DNA from: an uncultured Solirubrobacterales bacterium
GTDB lineage: Bacteria > Actinomycetota > Thermoleophilia > Solirubrobacterales > Solirubrobacteraceae
NCBI GenBank assembly: GCA_963826395.1
Contig: CAWGWP010000001.1
Coordinates: 441,768-505,767, forward strand
Reading direction: 5' to 3'
Length of the DNA: 64,000 nt
Shown piece by piece: positions 61,619 to 64,000 of the stretch. The translations under genes and the position numbers were made by a program. The notes below the pieces were generated by a model that was not told the DNA's origin, ran no database searches, and was given only the letters and a program-made list of their open reading frames with translations. How positions within the stretch are numbered: position 1 is the stretch's first letter; each line of letters begins with the position of its first letter.

Positions 61619-62850
61619 CAGACTTCCAGCTGCTCGAACACCTTCAGCCAGTCTCGCAGGAGTCGAGGCATGAGGAATCGCCGCCTGACCGATTCCTTGC
61701 CCGCGCGCCCCAGCTGCTTGCCGAGACCGGGGTCCCGAAGGATCCTCAGCGCGCGGTCGGCGCACTCCTCGACGCTTGAGACGAGGTAGCCGGATTCGCC
61801 GTCGGTCACCTGCAGCGGGATCCCGCCCACCGCGCCGCCGATGAATGGCCTGGCCTTCCAAATGGCCTCGGTTACGGTCAGCCCGAAACCCTCCCTGGTC
61901 GACTTCTGGATCACCACGTCGCAGTGCGACTGGAACGCGTTGACCTCGATCGCGCCGACGTTGTTGAGGTTGTTGAGGATGTGGATGTCGGGGTCGCCGT
62001 CGGCGTGCGCGACGGTGGCGTTGAAGTAGTCCCAGCCCTCGGGATCGTCTGTCGCCATCGAGCCGACGAGCGCCAGCTGCACGTCAGGCTGCTGCTCCTT
62101 GACGATTCTGTAGGCGTCGATCACGCCGAGCGGGTCCTTCCAGGGGTCGAACCGCGAAACCTGGCACAGCAGGGGGCGGTCGACGTCGATCCCAAACTGC
62201 TCGCAGATATAGACCGCGTCCTCGGGCGAGAACGCCATGTTCTTCGGGGCCAGCGGATCGATCGCCGGTGGGATGATGTGGGCGCGCCCATCCATCCCGA
62301 CGGGGACATATTGCTGCAGGTGAAAGACGGCCGCCTCGTAGGGCTCGAGGTAGGGCACGAGCCGCGCGAGCGTGTCCGGGTTAGGCGATGAGAGATCAAT
62401 GTGGCAGCGCCACACCCAGTGGCGCGCCTTCTCAGGCACGAGCGACGCGATCGCGGCCGGCTGTGGGTCGTGGACGATGCACACATCCCACCCGTCGCCC
62501 AGCTGGCTGGCGTTGATCTCGTTGTAGCGAAGCCAGGTCTGCCACTGCTCCTCGTTGAGCGCCTGGGGGTTCCCCTGGAGCGCGTTGTGCATCAGCTTCG
62601 TCGTGTTGAAGAACTCCTCACGGCCGTAGATCACCTGCCACTCGCACTCGAGCCCCACGTCGATCATCAGCGGGACGAGTGTGTTCAGGATCTCCGCGAC
62701 GCCGCCGCCGAACGACGTTGCCGAGAGGTGCAGGATGCGCTTGCCCTTGATCCGTTCGGCCAGGGCGGTGATCTCGTCGACCAGAGGGCGACCGACGATG
62801 CTCGCGTAGTCGGCGAGGTGCTTGTTGGCGACGGAGACGGGCTGGAGCAT
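61618..62850 (-). CDS. treT: Trehalose glycosyltransferring synthase (GT4)
   Basis: GGGVAEIL, HNALQG, HDPQP, WRCHID, SRFDPWK, QKSTREGFGLTVTEA.WK. Confidence 0.9.
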   Translation of the reverse strand: MLQPVSVANKHLADYASIVGRPLVDEITALAERIKGKRILHLSATSFGGGVAEILNTLVPLMIDVGLECEWQVIYGREEFFNTTKLMHNALQGNPQALNEEQWQTWLRYNEINASQLGDGWDVCIVHDPQPAAIASLVPEKARHWVWRCHIDLSSPNPDTLARLVPYLEPYEAAVFHLQQYVPVGMDGRAHIIPPAIDPLAPKNMAFSPEDAVYICEQFGIDVDRPLLCQVSRFDPWKDPLGVIDAYRIVKEQQPDVQLALVGSMATDDPEGWDYFNATVAHADGDPDIHILNNLNNVGAIEVNAFQSHCDVVIQKSTREGFGLTVTEAIWKARPFIGGAVGGIPLQVTDGESGYLVSSVEECADRALRILRDPGLGKQLGRAGKESVRRRFLMPRLLRDWLKVFEQLEV

Positions 62851-62900
62851 TGAGCTGTGGCGCGGCGTGCGGCGCGCGCGGAAGATAGCGGAGGCCGGGG

Positions 62901-63854
62901 TCAGCCGCGCGTCGCTCTGAGCCTCGCGATCCCGCGATCGACCTCCTCGACCAGCGCCCGGTGCAGCGCCGCGTTGCAGGCGGAGATCGACGAGATCTGG
63001 AACTCGTGCCCGGAGCCGAGCAGCCGGTAGCGATCGAGCGGTGCGCCCCAGCCGTCCGAAACGACGCCGCCCGCCTCACTGAGGCAAAGCCAGGCCGCCG
63101 CGAGGTCGTATGGCGAGTTGTTGAGAACCTCGCCCCGTCCGACCCGCTCGAACTCCTCGCGCATGCCCGCGACATCCTCGATCAGCCGCGAGCCGACCTC
63201 CACCACAGCGTCGAGCTGGCCGGTGGCGATCCGCGTCATCACGAACGACTGCGAGCCGAGCTCGAAGGTCCCCCCGCCGACCGACGATGCGTCGATCAGC
63301 CCCCCGAGCACCTCGACGGTAGGGCGCGCCGGGCGGCCCCTGAAGCCGTAGCCCCAGAACATGCGGCTGATGTCGGTCTCGCCGCTAAGCGCCAGGGGCC
63401 GGCTCGAGCGCAGCCCGGCGCCGCGTTCGGCCAGGAACCAGTCTCCGGACTTGATCTCGACAACGCAGCCGAACCTGAGCTCCCCCATCGTCGGCTCTCC
63501 GTCGCCGAGCGGCGCAAGCGCCACCGCCACGCACGCGGACTCGAGCCCCGCCATCGCCGGCCTGGTGCCGTCGATCGGGTCGACCACCAGCACGTCGACC
63601 GCGTCGGGTGGCGCGACCAGGCCCCGGTCCTCGGAGTAGAACGCCATCCGCGGCGCCCGCTCGGCGAGGAACTGCTCGAGTGACTCCTCGGCGAGCTCGT
63701 CGACGGCGAACGTGAGGTCCCCGCCCGCCCCGGCGGCGAGCGCGGCGCGTCCGGCGTGGGCGCCGAGCTCGGGCAGCACGCGCTCGCGCAGCCGCCGCGC
63801 GAGGTCGAGGACGAGCTCGCGTGCCGCGTTGCCGGAGGTCTCAGAGGCGCTCAC
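62901..63854 (-). CDS. Inositol monophosphatase/FBPase (FIG) family phosphatase
   Basis: SED.G, VDPIDGT, YDLAA; GTG start at 63854 inferred. Confidence 0.85.
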   Translation of the reverse strand: MSASETSGNAARELVLDLARRLRERVLPELGAHAGRAALAAGAGGDLTFAVDELAEESLEQFLAERAPRMAFYSEDRGLVAPPDAVDVLVVDPIDGTRPAMAGLESACVAVALAPLGDGEPTMGELRFGCVVEIKSGDWFLAERGAGLRSSRPLALSGETDISRMFWGYGFRGRPARPTVEVLGGLIDASSVGGGTFELGSQSFVMTRIATGQLDAVVEVGSRLIEDVAGMREEFERVGRGEVLNNSPYDLAAAWLCLSEAGGVVSDGWGAPLDRYRLLGSGHEFQISSISACNAALHRALVEEVDRGIARLRATRG

Positions 63855-63889
63855 TTGCGCGTCATTGTGAAGCTGCGAAGATCGCGCGG

Positions 63890-64000
63890 ATGCCAAGGCC
63901 GAACATCTTCAACGCCGAATTCGAGTACGACGAAAGCGATCCCGACGGGTATCGGTCGGGGATGGCGCGCGTCGGGCGGGCGGCTGGGGGCGACGAGCTG
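63890..64000 (+). CDS. Probable cupin-domain protein, 3' truncated by window
   Basis: MPRPNIFNAEFEYDESDPDGYRSGMARVG... open to edge. Confidence 0.55.
   Translation, partial: MPRPNIFNAEFEYDESDPDGYRSGMARVGRAAGGDEL

Noticed and set aside
58570-61789. Long plus-strand ORFs (556 aa, 509 aa)
   Set aside because: Shadows of the membrane protein and otsA

Overview
High-GC actinobacterial chromosome window. Gene content (Ahb-type heme gene, split b6c-type qcrABC, SARP-propeller-SBP fusion, dnaB coupled to a DnaC-like loader) suggests Thermoleophilia/Solirubrobacterales; this is inference, not a database result. Layout: (1) 1-8.7 kb heme/menaquinone/Rieske-cytochrome b/Tat operon; (2) tRNA-Lys(CTT) with an ~11.5 kb tyrosine-integrase island bounded by a 45-bp direct repeat (8818-8862 / 20257-20301); (3) a decayed accessory zone (20.3-28 kb) with gene fragments, an ECF sigma and three FlgM-like genes, each behind a sigma28-type promoter; (4) a SigB/F partner-switching stress and storage-lipid region (28-42 kb); (5) housekeeping genes (pepT, wecB, purA, dnaB, rplI-rpsR-ssb, purM, rpsF, otsA, treT). 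Best-supported highlight: an IS110 element (18073-19523) whose bridge-RNA logic can be read directly from the sequence: CT core, promoter formed on circularisation, target and donor guide pairs, a REP-like hairpin target, and an extra third stem-loop complementary to its own -35 box. Many single-base frameshifts, including in dnaB and purA, point to long-read indel errors, so frameshift-only pseudogene calls are avoided. No rRNA or CRISPR array seen. All calls are by eye from motifs; no searches were run.
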